A stretch of 64,000 bases of DNA from positions 5,472,001 through 5,536,000 of the forward strand of contig OZ242029.1 in the NCBI GenBank assembly GCA_965205015.1, given 5' to 3'. The notes under the pieces are model-generated. The model ran no database searches, had not been told where the DNA came from, and saw only the letters and a program-made list of their open reading frames with translations. The translations under genes were made by a program, and so were the position numbers. Each line of letters begins with the position of its first letter. Position 1 is the stretch's first letter. Shown in pieces: positions 46,557-56,081 of this stretch. The DNA comes from Candidatus Poribacteria bacterium (GTDB taxonomy: Bacteria; Poribacteria; WGA-4E; WGA-3G).

Positions 46557-48473
46557 TTAAGGTGCGCTTGGAGCATTCCCAAACACATTCGCAATCAAAA
46601 CAAGGTCTTGAACGTTGACGACACCATCATCGTTCAGGTCAGCAGGATTCCCGCCAGCTTTCCCGAAACTCGCTGCAACCAAGACTACATCCTGAATATT
46701 GACAACCCCGTCACCATTAAGATCGGCAAGGACTCTCAAGGTAAGAGGCTTAACGTAGTTCGTAAGATATATTTTTAAATTAGGATTCTTTCTCAATAGA
46801 ACACGTAGAGGTTTTTGGTTCTTAATAGGGTTTCCTCCAAGGTATAATAGTCCAAGATTTGTTAACCCTGTGAGAGGACTCACATCGCTAATTTGATTGT
46901 TCCAAAGAGTTAAAGATCCTAAATCCGCTAATCCTATGAGAGGACTTAGATCGCTAATGTGATTGTCCCCTAAAACTAATGTCCTTAAATTTGTCAACCC
47001 TGCAAGGGGAGTAATGTCGCTGATGTTAGTTCTCATAAGGCGTAAAAATGTTAAATTCGTTAATCCTGTGAGAGGACTTAGATCGCTAATGTGATTGCGC
47101 GAAGCCCAGAATGAGCTTAATTGTGTCAATCTTGCCAGTGGACTTATGTCGCTAACCTTGTTTCTTTCAATCCGTAATTGCCTCAATTGTGTTAATTTTG
47201 CAAACACCGTAATGTTCGATATCTGATTATCTCTGAGATCTACACGCTCTAGATTAGTTGCATGTTCAAGTCCGGTAAGATCCGTGATTTGCTTTTTGGA
47301 GGCTTCCAGTTTCCCTAAACCTAACATATCCAGTTGTGTGATGGTACTCCCAGGAACTAAGCCAAGGGTTTCCCTGATCACCGCTGCCAAATTCGCATCG
47401 GGTATTGATACAGGTTTTGAGTCTGGCAGCAAGGAGGCAACATCAATTGGAAGTTTCTCACCGAAATTAGTAAAGTTACCATGTACATCAATAACCGTAA
47501 GGTCGACATACTCACTTGCGGGTGCTAATTCGGTTGTGATAAATTCAATTGTGGCTCTGTTTGTGTTTAGGGACTTACAATCAAGCAATGCGGTCGGGTC
47601 AAAGGACGGGTTTCCTGACCGAGAAAATGAATTCGTCAGCAGCTGTGCTTGATGGAGTCTTTCGGAATGCGTTATCTCAAATCGGAGACGGATAGTATTG
47701 GGTGGAGATACAAAGGACATCTCAAGCATTCTAATCATTGGTACCTTTTCAAAGGAGTTATGGCTGTCAAAGGAGTTATGGCTAGTGTTAAAGTAGCGAT
47801 GGGCATTCAACCATTCGGCAGCACAGTACGACAATTGGTCTTGGAGCGCAGAGTCTCCATAAGACATGATATAGCGATCATCTCGGAAATCGTGGGGTAA
47901 TCCGAAGGCATGTCCCAGTTCGTGTGCAATAACTGTCCAGGCCCGGATGTAGACATGCCCCGGAGCTCTTTCAAAATTGGTAGCTACTATATGCACCGTT
48001 CCGCCAAATGAGTTTCCCAGCCCACCACCCCCAACTTGACTGTTGTGTAACACAGGGTCGTATCGGTCCATCCAATAAAGATACATAATGTTATCTGACG
48101 GGCGTTCATACTGTTCATAAATCTCCGTAAAAACAGCGTCCTCATCGTATCCATCAGCATTGTAGTGCATATTAGGGAATTTACCCTCAATAACGCTGTG
48201 GATTATTAGGTTTCCAGCCGCATCAGTTTCCAGTCTGAAGGTTTTTCTACCGAATCCGTGGCGTTCCATCTCGTCGGCGTAAAATTGCTGGACTCGCTTC
48301 ATTAATGTATCCAATACTGTGTCTATATTAGACTGAGGTTGGAGGTCATTTGGATGAAAGTAGACGACTCTCACGATATATTCAGGTGAGGTTTTTTGTG
48401 AGAAACTATTTGATACAAACGCGAGTGTTACAAGAGCGAATAGTGTGAGAATGAAACAGAATGTTGTTTTCAT
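46557..48473 (-). CDS. Secreted metzincin-type protease domain + internalin-like LRR + dockerin-like domain
   Basis: Signal peptide MKTTFCF; HELGHAFGLPH and YIMSY Met-turn; 22-aa LRRs; DLNGDGVVNIQD-type pair. Confidence 0.88.
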   Translation of the reverse strand: MKTTFCFILTLFALVTLAFVSNSFSQKTSPEYIVRVVYFHPNDLQPQSNIDTVLDTLMKRVQQFYADEMERHGFGRKTFRLETDAAGNLIIHSVIEGKFPNMHYNADGYDEDAVFTEIYEQYERPSDNIMYLYWMDRYDPVLHNSQVGGGGLGNSFGGTVHIVATNFERAPGHVYIRAWTVIAHELGHAFGLPHDFRDDRYIMSYGDSALQDQLSYCAAEWLNAHRYFNTSHNSFDSHNSFEKVPMIRMLEMSFVSPPNTIRLRFEITHSERLHQAQLLTNSFSRSGNPSFDPTALLDCKSLNTNRATIEFITTELAPASEYVDLTVIDVHGNFTNFGEKLPIDVASLLPDSKPVSIPDANLAAVIRETLGLVPGSTITQLDMLGLGKLEASKKQITDLTGLEHATNLERVDLRDNQISNITVFAKLTQLRQLRIERNKVSDISPLARLTQLSSFWASRNHISDLSPLTGLTNLTFLRLMRTNISDITPLAGLTNLRTLVLGDNHISDLSPLIGLADLGSLTLWNNQISDVSPLTGLTNLGLLYLGGNPIKNQKPLRVLLRKNPNLKIYLTNYVKPLTLRVLADLNGDGVVNIQDVVLVAASFGKAGGNPADLNDDGVVNVQDLVLIANVFGNAPSAP

Positions 48474-48553
48474 AAATCGGTTTCTCTTTTCATTAGCGAG
48501 TGCTGGAAAGCTAATGAACATCAGCATCCCAGCACTCCTATGGTCATTTGATA

Positions 48554-51118
48554 CTATTTCAGAATCAGCATTTTCCGCGTTGCAGTGAAATCGCCTGCTG
48601 TCAGCGTATAGAAATACACGCCACTCGCCACGGACTCTCCCAGCGTATTCTTGCCATCCCAAAACGCCGCCCGGCTACGTGATTCATAGATACCCGCAGG
48701 TTGATGCCCTAATGACAGCGTCCGAACCAACTGCCCCTTCGCAGCATAGATGGAAATACTGACATCCGCAGACTCCGCTAACTGATACGGGATCCATGTT
48801 TCTGGGTTAAATGGATTCGGATAGTTGGCAAACAATACTGTCCTTTGCGGAGCAAATGTTCTCAACAACCGTTCCAGTACCATAATCCCTCGCTCATAGG
48901 CGGAGCGATCCGGCATAGAAATTTGGAGCGATTGTAATGCTTCTCGCTTGGCGATCCGCAGCCACTGCTCCACCTGTGCTGCTGACAAGGCGTGTGCAGA
49001 AGGGGCACCGACGACCTTTCCGAAAGCATTTGCCACCAAAACGAGATCTTGGAAGTTGACGAAACCGTCACCATTTAGGTCAGTCCTTTTCCCGCCAGCC
49101 GCTCCGAAACTCGCTGCAATCAACACCACATCTTGAATATTGACGACACCGTCACCATTCACATCAGCAAGGATTTCCGCTGTCCCTGGGAGCATCGGGA
49201 ATGTCCAGAGGAGAACCGTTCCATCGTAACTGCCACTTGCGATGGTGCTACCATCAGGACTCACAGCGACACTTGTGATCGAATATGTATGACCTTCGAG
49301 TGTTTCGAGTTGTACCCCTGTGCCAATGTCCCACAAGCGAATTGTCGCGTCATAACTGCCACTGACAAGTATCGCGCCATCAGGACTGAAAACAATGCTG
49401 GTAGCGTTCGCGGGATTCTCCGCCGGTGCATCTCCCTCCGATGCTTCGGTAGTTTCATCGGCAATTTCTGGATCAATAGGATCAATAGGTTTGACGAAGG
49501 TTTGCCGACGCTCAGCTGTGGTCACGTCCCAGAGCGAAACCGTGTCGCCACCGCCACTGGCGAGCGTTTTGCCATCCGGACTAAACGCAACCACCCAAAC
49601 ATCATCTTCATGTTCGGTGATAGTGTGGAGGACCTCGTACGTCTCAACATCCCACAGCCGAATGGTATCGTCTCGACTGCCACTGGCGAGTATACTCCCA
49701 TCTGGACTAAACGCCAAGGTCTCCACGCCTGCCTCGTGTTCCCATAGGGTTTCTATGTGCGCGCCTGTGGTGGCATCCCATAAGCGGATGCTATCGTCCT
49801 CACTCCCGCTGGCGAGGAGCGTGCCATCTGGACTAAACGCAAGGCTTATAAGGTAAGAACGATGCCCTCTGAGCGTCCTTATGTGTTCACCCGTGACGGC
49901 ATCCCACAAACGAACGGTATCGTCTTGGCTGCCGCTGGCAAGTGTGCGACCATCGGGTCCGAACACAACAACATCAACATTATCTTGGTGTCCGATCAGT
50001 GTATGGCGCAGTTTACCGGTATTTGCATCCCACAAGCGAATAGTTTTGTCCCAACTCCGTGTAGCGAGGGTGCTGCCATCCGCACTGAAAGTAACGCTCG
50101 CGACGGCATCCGTGTGTCCAGTAATCGTTTTCAGATGTGCGCCTGTACCAGGATCCCATGAACGGATTGAAGCATCCCACGCGCCACTGGTGAGCATGCT
50201 CCCATCAGGCGTAAAAGTGACTGCGTAGACATCAGCGGTGTGATCGGTCAAGGTTATGAGGTGTGTCCCTGCGTTTGCATCCCACAAACGAACGGTATCG
50301 TCTTCACCAGCACTCGCGAGGAGCCCCCCGTCAGGACTATAGGTAAGGTCATAGATATGAGATGTATGTCCAACAAGGGTCTGTTTGACCGTCCACGTGG
50401 CAGTATCCCAGAGATGGATAATTGCGTTCAAATCGCCACTGGCGAGTGTCTTTCCATCTGGGCTGAGCGCGACGCTGGCAACGTTATCGCGGTGCTCTGC
50501 AAGCGTTTGCTTTAACTCTCCAGTGGCGACATCCCATATACGAATCGTATCGTCCCGACTGCCACTGATGAGCGTCCCACCGTCAGCACTGAAAACAAGA
50601 CTGTTAACACCTTCTGTATGCCCTTCAAGTGTGTTCAAGAGTTCGCCTGTTTCAGGATTCCATAGCCGAACGGTATCGTCTCGACTGCCACTGGCGAGCA
50701 TCGTCCCATCAGGACTGAAAACAATGCTGCGGACGCTCCTTTCATGTCCCTCAAGGGAATGTAGGATGTCCCCTGTTTCGGGATCCCATAAACGAATGAT
50801 CCCATCGAAACTTCCGCCAGCAAGCATGCTTCCATCAGGGGAATATGTAAGTGCCGAAACACTATACCCATCCCCAGTAAAGAAAGCGATTTCTTCATCG
50901 GTTGCTGTATCATAGATCCAAACACCAATGGAGCCTGCGGCAGCAAGCCTTGTGCCGTCTGGTGAATACCGAATCTCATAGAGCCACCCTTTGCCAAGGC
51001 GCGCTGTGGCACCTTCAGGCAGATGCCATTGCGGTGAATCTTGGGCAAAACTGCTGTAAGCGAAAAATAGAACCATCAAACAGAAAACGGTTAATATGGA
51101 AAAGAATGTAAGTTTCAT
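48554..51118 (-). CDS. Secreted WD40-repeat protein with dockerin-like and T9SS-CTD/FlgD-like C-terminal domain
   Basis: About 14 GH...FSPDG...LASGS.D.TVRLWD repeats; DVNGDGVVNIQD; NYPNPFNPETWIPY...ASGVYFY...TRKMLILK. Confidence 0.92.
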   Translation of the reverse strand: MKLTFFSILTVFCLMVLFFAYSSFAQDSPQWHLPEGATARLGKGWLYEIRYSPDGTRLAAAGSIGVWIYDTATDEEIAFFTGDGYSVSALTYSPDGSMLAGGSFDGIIRLWDPETGDILHSLEGHERSVRSIVFSPDGTMLASGSRDDTVRLWNPETGELLNTLEGHTEGVNSLVFSADGGTLISGSRDDTIRIWDVATGELKQTLAEHRDNVASVALSPDGKTLASGDLNAIIHLWDTATWTVKQTLVGHTSHIYDLTYSPDGGLLASAGEDDTVRLWDANAGTHLITLTDHTADVYAVTFTPDGSMLTSGAWDASIRSWDPGTGAHLKTITGHTDAVASVTFSADGSTLATRSWDKTIRLWDANTGKLRHTLIGHQDNVDVVVFGPDGRTLASGSQDDTVRLWDAVTGEHIRTLRGHRSYLISLAFSPDGTLLASGSEDDSIRLWDATTGAHIETLWEHEAGVETLAFSPDGSILASGSRDDTIRLWDVETYEVLHTITEHEDDVWVVAFSPDGKTLASGGGDTVSLWDVTTAERRQTFVKPIDPIDPEIADETTEASEGDAPAENPANATSIVFSPDGAILVSGSYDATIRLWDIGTGVQLETLEGHTYSITSVAVSPDGSTIASGSYDGTVLLWTFPMLPGTAEILADVNGDGVVNIQDVVLIAASFGAAGGKRTDLNGDGFVNFQDLVLVANAFGKVVGAPSAHALSAAQVEQWLRIAKREALQSLQISMPDRSAYERGIMVLERLLRTFAPQRTVLFANYPNPFNPETWIPYQLAESADVSISIYAAKGQLVRTLSLGHQPAGIYESRSRAAFWDGKNTLGESVASGVYFYTLTAGDFTATRKMLILK

Positions 51119-51288
51119 AAATTCTCCTTAAATTATTCGTGAGATAGGTTGTAGGAGAAAATACCACAAATCCGACCTTTAGTCAAGTTTTTGGAAATCT
51201 TTCCCAGAATTGGATAGGCAAGTATTTTATCAATTGTCTGAACTGTGATTCAATGATTTTTGGAATTATTCTGTGAAATGTGGGACGA

Positions 51289-52347
51289 TTAAAATTCGCC
51301 GGAGACGGAGATGCGCTGTGAACCGCCGAGAGTGTGGGTATTGAAGGCGTAGTTGACGAAAAACGACATGGCATTTATCCGCAAGTGGAGTCCGGCACCT
51401 GCAGAAAGTCCATGTCCATTCCAGCCCCCACGGAGTGCGAGGGTATTGAAGAGCCAATATTCGGCGCCGACGCGTAGGACCAGCCCGCCGCCAGCACCGC
51501 CTACCTCCAGATCGGCTTGATCGGTTTCAAAATCCGCGCCAATCGCCCCTTTACCGAGACGTGGAACGGCAAAGTGGTAAGCCGTGCCGAATCGGAGTCG
51601 GCGCGTGCGAGTAAATGTCGGTGTATCGGGAGTATCCCAACGGACTTGGGTGCCTGTTGCATCTAATAACATTGCCCCGACGCGTAAACCCTTGTAAGGT
51701 TCCGCAATCAGACCAATATCGATACCGAAACCGGTTCCACTGTTTTGAAAAATAGATTGGTTGAGGAGTTTGAGGTTGCCACCGACAGCCACCATAGGGT
51801 GGACTTGACGGGCATAAGAGATGAGCAGGGCATTATCAGTATTACTGAAATACTCGGCAACTTCGGGTTTGTCAATGTAGGGTTCGCCGTCCTCTTTGAT
51901 GCCGTTGCCGTTTTTGTCCTGAAAATCGCCGAGGAGGCCGTTATTGTTGACATCAATGAAAGTCGTGCGCGGTATATCGTCAATGCCGAGCCGGATCCAA
52001 CTGAGACCGATGCTGCCGATATCCTCAATTTGATAGACGTAATTGACGAAGTTGTAGGTAACTAAGCCTCTGCTGAGCCAACTCCCGTCTCCTGTGCTAA
52101 AGGTATCGGAATACATCGCCGAGAAACTATGTTTCTTGACTTTGGTCAGCCCAGCGGGATTCCAGTAAGTCGCGGTTGCATCATCGGCGACGGCAACGAA
52201 TGCACCGCCCATTCCCAAGGCACGCGCACCTACGCCGTGGCTGAGAAATTCGGCGGCGTGTGCGCCTTCGTCAGCAGCATGTCCCGCTGGAATCCCGACG
52301 CAGCATATTGCCAGTACACATAAGTAAATTGCTGATAATTTCATCAT
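51289..52347 (-). CDS. PorV/PorQ-family outer membrane beta-barrel
   Basis: FLSHGVGARALGMGGAFVAVADDATATYWNPAGL; GAEY, LRGG; terminal Phe. Confidence 0.85.
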   Translation of the reverse strand: MMKLSAIYLCVLAICCVGIPAGHAADEGAHAAEFLSHGVGARALGMGGAFVAVADDATATYWNPAGLTKVKKHSFSAMYSDTFSTGDGSWLSRGLVTYNFVNYVYQIEDIGSIGLSWIRLGIDDIPRTTFIDVNNNGLLGDFQDKNGNGIKEDGEPYIDKPEVAEYFSNTDNALLISYARQVHPMVAVGGNLKLLNQSIFQNSGTGFGIDIGLIAEPYKGLRVGAMLLDATGTQVRWDTPDTPTFTRTRRLRFGTAYHFAVPRLGKGAIGADFETDQADLEVGGAGGGLVLRVGAEYWLFNTLALRGGWNGHGLSAGAGLHLRINAMSFFVNYAFNTHTLGGSQRISVSGEF

Positions 52348-52416
52348 GATTTTAATTTATTCTACCCGCTCTTCTTCCCTGTTACGGCACAGCGGAGTGT
52401 GCCTACTACTATCATT

Positions 52417-54378
52417 CTAACCCGGTGCGAAGTCGTAGATAGGTTCACGAATAATAACACTCAAGACGCTCCAGAATGCACCAACACAGTATTCACCGAG
52501 AATTACGCCGAAAAAGAAGAAAACCATCGTTCGATAGGTCCCGGGTCCCCCGAATCGGAGTGCCAACCACTTCAGAAAACTACTGATAACGAGACAACTC
52601 CAAAAATAGCCAACGCCACCCGTCATAGAGATAGGATAGCCTGCTGGATGAAGGGGCCACCAAATAAAGCGCATCCGCATAATCATGAGGAAGAAGGTGA
52701 GCCCCATGCCACCCGCCATGAAGGAGATTGCGGGAATGTCAGGGTCACGCGGGAAGGCGAACAACCCCGCAAGCCACCCAAATTGCCCGATATGTCCAAC
52801 CGAGGGTCCAATACCTCCACCTGCACCTGTAATTGCACCACCGAGACGGTAGAGCTCGCTGAGCGTTGCCCAAAACGATGCCAGTGAACCCAACACAACA
52901 GCAATCACCATCGCAAGCACCAAGCGTTTTGTGTTCATATTTGCCCGTTCTGCCATCTTGAACGCTTCCAGCTGATGGGGCATGATGTGTTCGCGGTATC
53001 CGCGTCCACTGAAAAACCAAAAATAAGGGAAAACCGTTAAGTTATTGGGTCCGATGCGGCGTGTCCCCAGAATATTGACTAAAAATTGTTGGGCGTTACA
53101 CATCCCTGCCATCTCATGTGCGGGAGGACCGAGTTCCGCACGGACGCGCGTAATCGCAATCGAAATAGCAGAGAAGAAGGCAAAGAAGGGGAGAATAATT
53201 GGGAGCGTCATTCCCGCCTTCAGGCAGAACCAGATAATATAGAGACTGGCAATAACGATCAGTAGGAGCGATGTACGGTAACGGATCGGTTCTTGTGAGT
53301 CATCAATACCACCGGGCATGCCCAAGATTGTGCGCACGACATTTGCAATGTGTCTACGCGTTACAAGGAGGGCAATCACAAAGATCGCCATCCAACCGCC
53401 AATTGACTGTTCACTCCCATACGGAAAAGGGGCTGGGATTGCAAGGGCACTGCCAAAAACACGTTGGGCTTTCTCAAACAGGTAGAAAAACCACATAGAA
53501 AAGGAGAGATCCAGCGGTAAAAGGAACCCCAAGCCGATTACAAACGGATAGAGCGGGACGGGGATATTGCCGACAGCGTTCCACGGTTTTTCAGTGAAGG
53601 CTCTGCCCCAATTTCGAGCGTTATGTCGGACACTAAAATCCGGCAGCACCGGGAAAAAGTGTGCCAAACCGTGCCAGACATTTATCACTGCGGCGATGAT
53701 AAACCCATACCATAGGATACGACTTCGGAAAAGTTGCGCGGCTCCCCCTCTTTCTGTAATTGCCATCGGAAGTTGGATAATTGGATACGCTAATTTTTCG
53801 TGTTCCGTCCACTGTTTCCGAATCAACACATTTACACAAATCATGATGGTGCCGAGTGCAACAATAAGGGAGGTCCACCACACAGTCGGCATTATCCAAG
53901 CACCACCAATTTTAGCATTATAGAAGGGTGTATTGCCCTCGTAAAACCCGCGGATAATCTCTCTATCTGCAACAACGAGATGTTGTGGAATGTAACTATG
54001 GAACATGTCAGCCCAATCATTCTCAATTGTTGCGAACCAGAATGCGTGCGGGAGTGCCGGAATTGTTAGAGCCAAAGTATCATGACCCGCCAAACCAGAT
54101 GCAATAGAGAGCATGGCGTAAATGGTAATCATCTCACCTTGCGTTAGCGCAGATCGGGGGGCGACACGCTTCAGGAAAAGATTTATCAAGATCAGGAAAA
54201 AGATGTTGAGAACGACATTCCAAAACAGGGAGATGGTCGTTGGATGTCCAGAGTGCCAGACACACTCAACTTCGATGACCCAAAAGACGTTAGGGGGAAT
54301 TAAGAAGATAGCGATGAGGATAGCGCGCCATGTAACACCAGACGCACGGCGTTGGTTCTGTTTGTCTAAATTTTCCAT
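52417..54378 (-). CDS. Large multi-TM protein (DUF6785/DUF6784-like, putative transporter)
   Basis: GVTWRAIL, RKQWTEHEKLAYPI, RVRAELGPP, PLHPAGY. Confidence 0.8.
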   Translation of the reverse strand: MENLDKQNQRRASGVTWRAILIAIFLIPPNVFWVIEVECVWHSGHPTTISLFWNVVLNIFFLILINLFLKRVAPRSALTQGEMITIYAMLSIASGLAGHDTLALTIPALPHAFWFATIENDWADMFHSYIPQHLVVADREIIRGFYEGNTPFYNAKIGGAWIMPTVWWTSLIVALGTIMICVNVLIRKQWTEHEKLAYPIIQLPMAITERGGAAQLFRSRILWYGFIIAAVINVWHGLAHFFPVLPDFSVRHNARNWGRAFTEKPWNAVGNIPVPLYPFVIGLGFLLPLDLSFSMWFFYLFEKAQRVFGSALAIPAPFPYGSEQSIGGWMAIFVIALLVTRRHIANVVRTILGMPGGIDDSQEPIRYRTSLLLIVIASLYIIWFCLKAGMTLPIILPFFAFFSAISIAITRVRAELGPPAHEMAGMCNAQQFLVNILGTRRIGPNNLTVFPYFWFFSGRGYREHIMPHQLEAFKMAERANMNTKRLVLAMVIAVVLGSLASFWATLSELYRLGGAITGAGGGIGPSVGHIGQFGWLAGLFAFPRDPDIPAISFMAGGMGLTFFLMIMRMRFIWWPLHPAGYPISMTGGVGYFWSCLVISSFLKWLALRFGGPGTYRTMVFFFFGVILGEYCVGAFWSVLSVIIREPIYDFAPG

Positions 54379-54380
54379 AG

Positions 54381-55883
54381 TTAAAAATGTGTAGGCGGTT
54401 CGAGTTCCTTCAACTCCCAGAGGATATGACCAAATTCAAACGCACCAGCGGCATTTCCGCGGATAAGTTCTCCGTCAATCCCCCAAGCCAACTTGTAAGC
54501 TGCGAGAATTTGCGTCAGCGAATTTTCGACATTACCGTGACATAGCAAGGCAACAGTGCCACCGCCACCCCCACCGGTAATCTTGGCACCGTAGATCCCC
54601 CCTTGTTCTCCAATCTTCCGAGCGATGTTCACAAGTCCATCAACTTCACGGGAACCGAGTCCTGCGAAATCACGGTAACTGGCATTGGATTCGTACATGA
54701 GATTTCCTGCTTCGCTGAGATAGTCTTGGATACGCTCGGAATCTGTATCGGCGTTTTTTAGAGCGGCAATAAATTGCCTAACACGTGCGTTTTCGTAAAT
54801 TGCATGTTGTACCCGACTCCTAACAGAATATAACTTCTCCGGATCCACCTGTGTCACGGTATCAACTGTTTCGCCGTACGTGTCAAGAAATTCTGCGCCG
54901 GGCATCTGCTCAGGCAATAGGTGCTCACACTGCTCGCGAAAATCCTGGACAGAAAGGTTACACAGATAGTTATCTGCCAATGCCTCGGATATTTTTCGAG
55001 CGATGCTGCCTTCCTCCGTTTCTGATGAAAACGCCGCTTTGAGGATAGTCAACCCCATAAAGGTTCCAGTGCGTGTGTCAATATAAGCGGTACTGGTTGT
55101 GCTTCTGCGCACCTTCGTATAGATACCGACAAAACTCACGTTTACCGGACACGAAACGAATTCGAGGATCTGGTCGGGCTGACAAAGAATTGAGAGAATC
55201 TTTGTTGACATGCCAGCGGCAGCAGTCACCTGATCCATAATCCCACAAGGCGCGCCAACGATCCGATTTTCAACGATTTGCGCGAGGCGCGCGATCTCGA
55301 TCGCCTCCAATTCTAAACCATAGAGTCGGTCGATCGCCATCAATGTAGCGACTTCAATAGCCGCCGAGGAGGCAACACCCCCACCGATTGGAATATCGCT
55401 TTTGATAACTATCGTGGCACCATGCGGGAATTGATCGATTTTACCCTCTTTGAGTAGCACATAAAAAGCCCCGAGTATATACCCCGTCCACGCTGCGCTG
55501 GGTTCCTCACTGAAACGCTCCCGAATCTGTGAATACGTTTTGAGAGTGCCATTCGCATAGAAACTATCAAGCGAGAGATGAAAGTTGGGTTTGAATTGAT
55601 CTCCCGCGTGGAGTGTGATAGCACAGAGGTTTCTATCTTCCCTCGCTTGGCAGGCGGCGATTACGGTGCGGTTAACGGTCATCTCAAAAACATTCGCGCC
55701 GCAGTAATCAGCGATACCGCCCATGATGTCAAGTCTGGCAGGCGCACGGGTGAGAATCACATGCCCACCCCTTTGCAAGCCAAACGAAAAGAAGAGCTCA
55801 GGAGAATCTTCCTGTAAAAGATACTCCAACTCAAGGACCTGAAAGGATTTCACTCTGGGACCGTGGAGTTGTTCAACTTTCAT
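54381..55883 (-). CDS. GHMP sugar kinase (galactokinase / L-arabinokinase-like)
   Basis: RAPARLDIMGGIADY, PIGGGVASSAA, GAPCGIMDQ, GAKITGGGGGG. Confidence 0.88.
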   Translation of the reverse strand: MKVEQLHGPRVKSFQVLELEYLLQEDSPELFFSFGLQRGGHVILTRAPARLDIMGGIADYCGANVFEMTVNRTVIAACQAREDRNLCAITLHAGDQFKPNFHLSLDSFYANGTLKTYSQIRERFSEEPSAAWTGYILGAFYVLLKEGKIDQFPHGATIVIKSDIPIGGGVASSAAIEVATLMAIDRLYGLELEAIEIARLAQIVENRIVGAPCGIMDQVTAAAGMSTKILSILCQPDQILEFVSCPVNVSFVGIYTKVRRSTTSTAYIDTRTGTFMGLTILKAAFSSETEEGSIARKISEALADNYLCNLSVQDFREQCEHLLPEQMPGAEFLDTYGETVDTVTQVDPEKLYSVRSRVQHAIYENARVRQFIAALKNADTDSERIQDYLSEAGNLMYESNASYRDFAGLGSREVDGLVNIARKIGEQGGIYGAKITGGGGGGTVALLCHGNVENSLTQILAAYKLAWGIDGELIRGNAAGAFEFGHILWELKELEPPTHF

Positions 55884-56026
55884 TTGTCTTCTCAACCAGA
55901 CATCATTGTACGAATGCCGTTGGCAACCCCTTTCTCGAACTCAGAACGGAAATTGTGCTAATTGCTGATTGCCAATTCATGCTACACCTATCCCGTTAAT
56001 TTATCAAGTCCTTTTTTCAAATAAAA

Positions 56027-56049
56027 CGTGCGATAAATCGCACGACTAC
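56027..56049 (-). repeat. GTAG-type REP hairpin
   Basis: Minus strand reads GTAGT-CGTGCGAT-TT-ATCGCACG. Confidence 0.7.
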
Positions 56050-56081
56050 AAACGCATCCATTCGGAGCAATGGTGAAACAT

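Noticed and set aside
46557-51118. Diversity-generating retroelement target/template pair among the dockerin repeats
   Set aside because: There is no reverse transcriptase in the window and the differences between copies are not adenine-specific.
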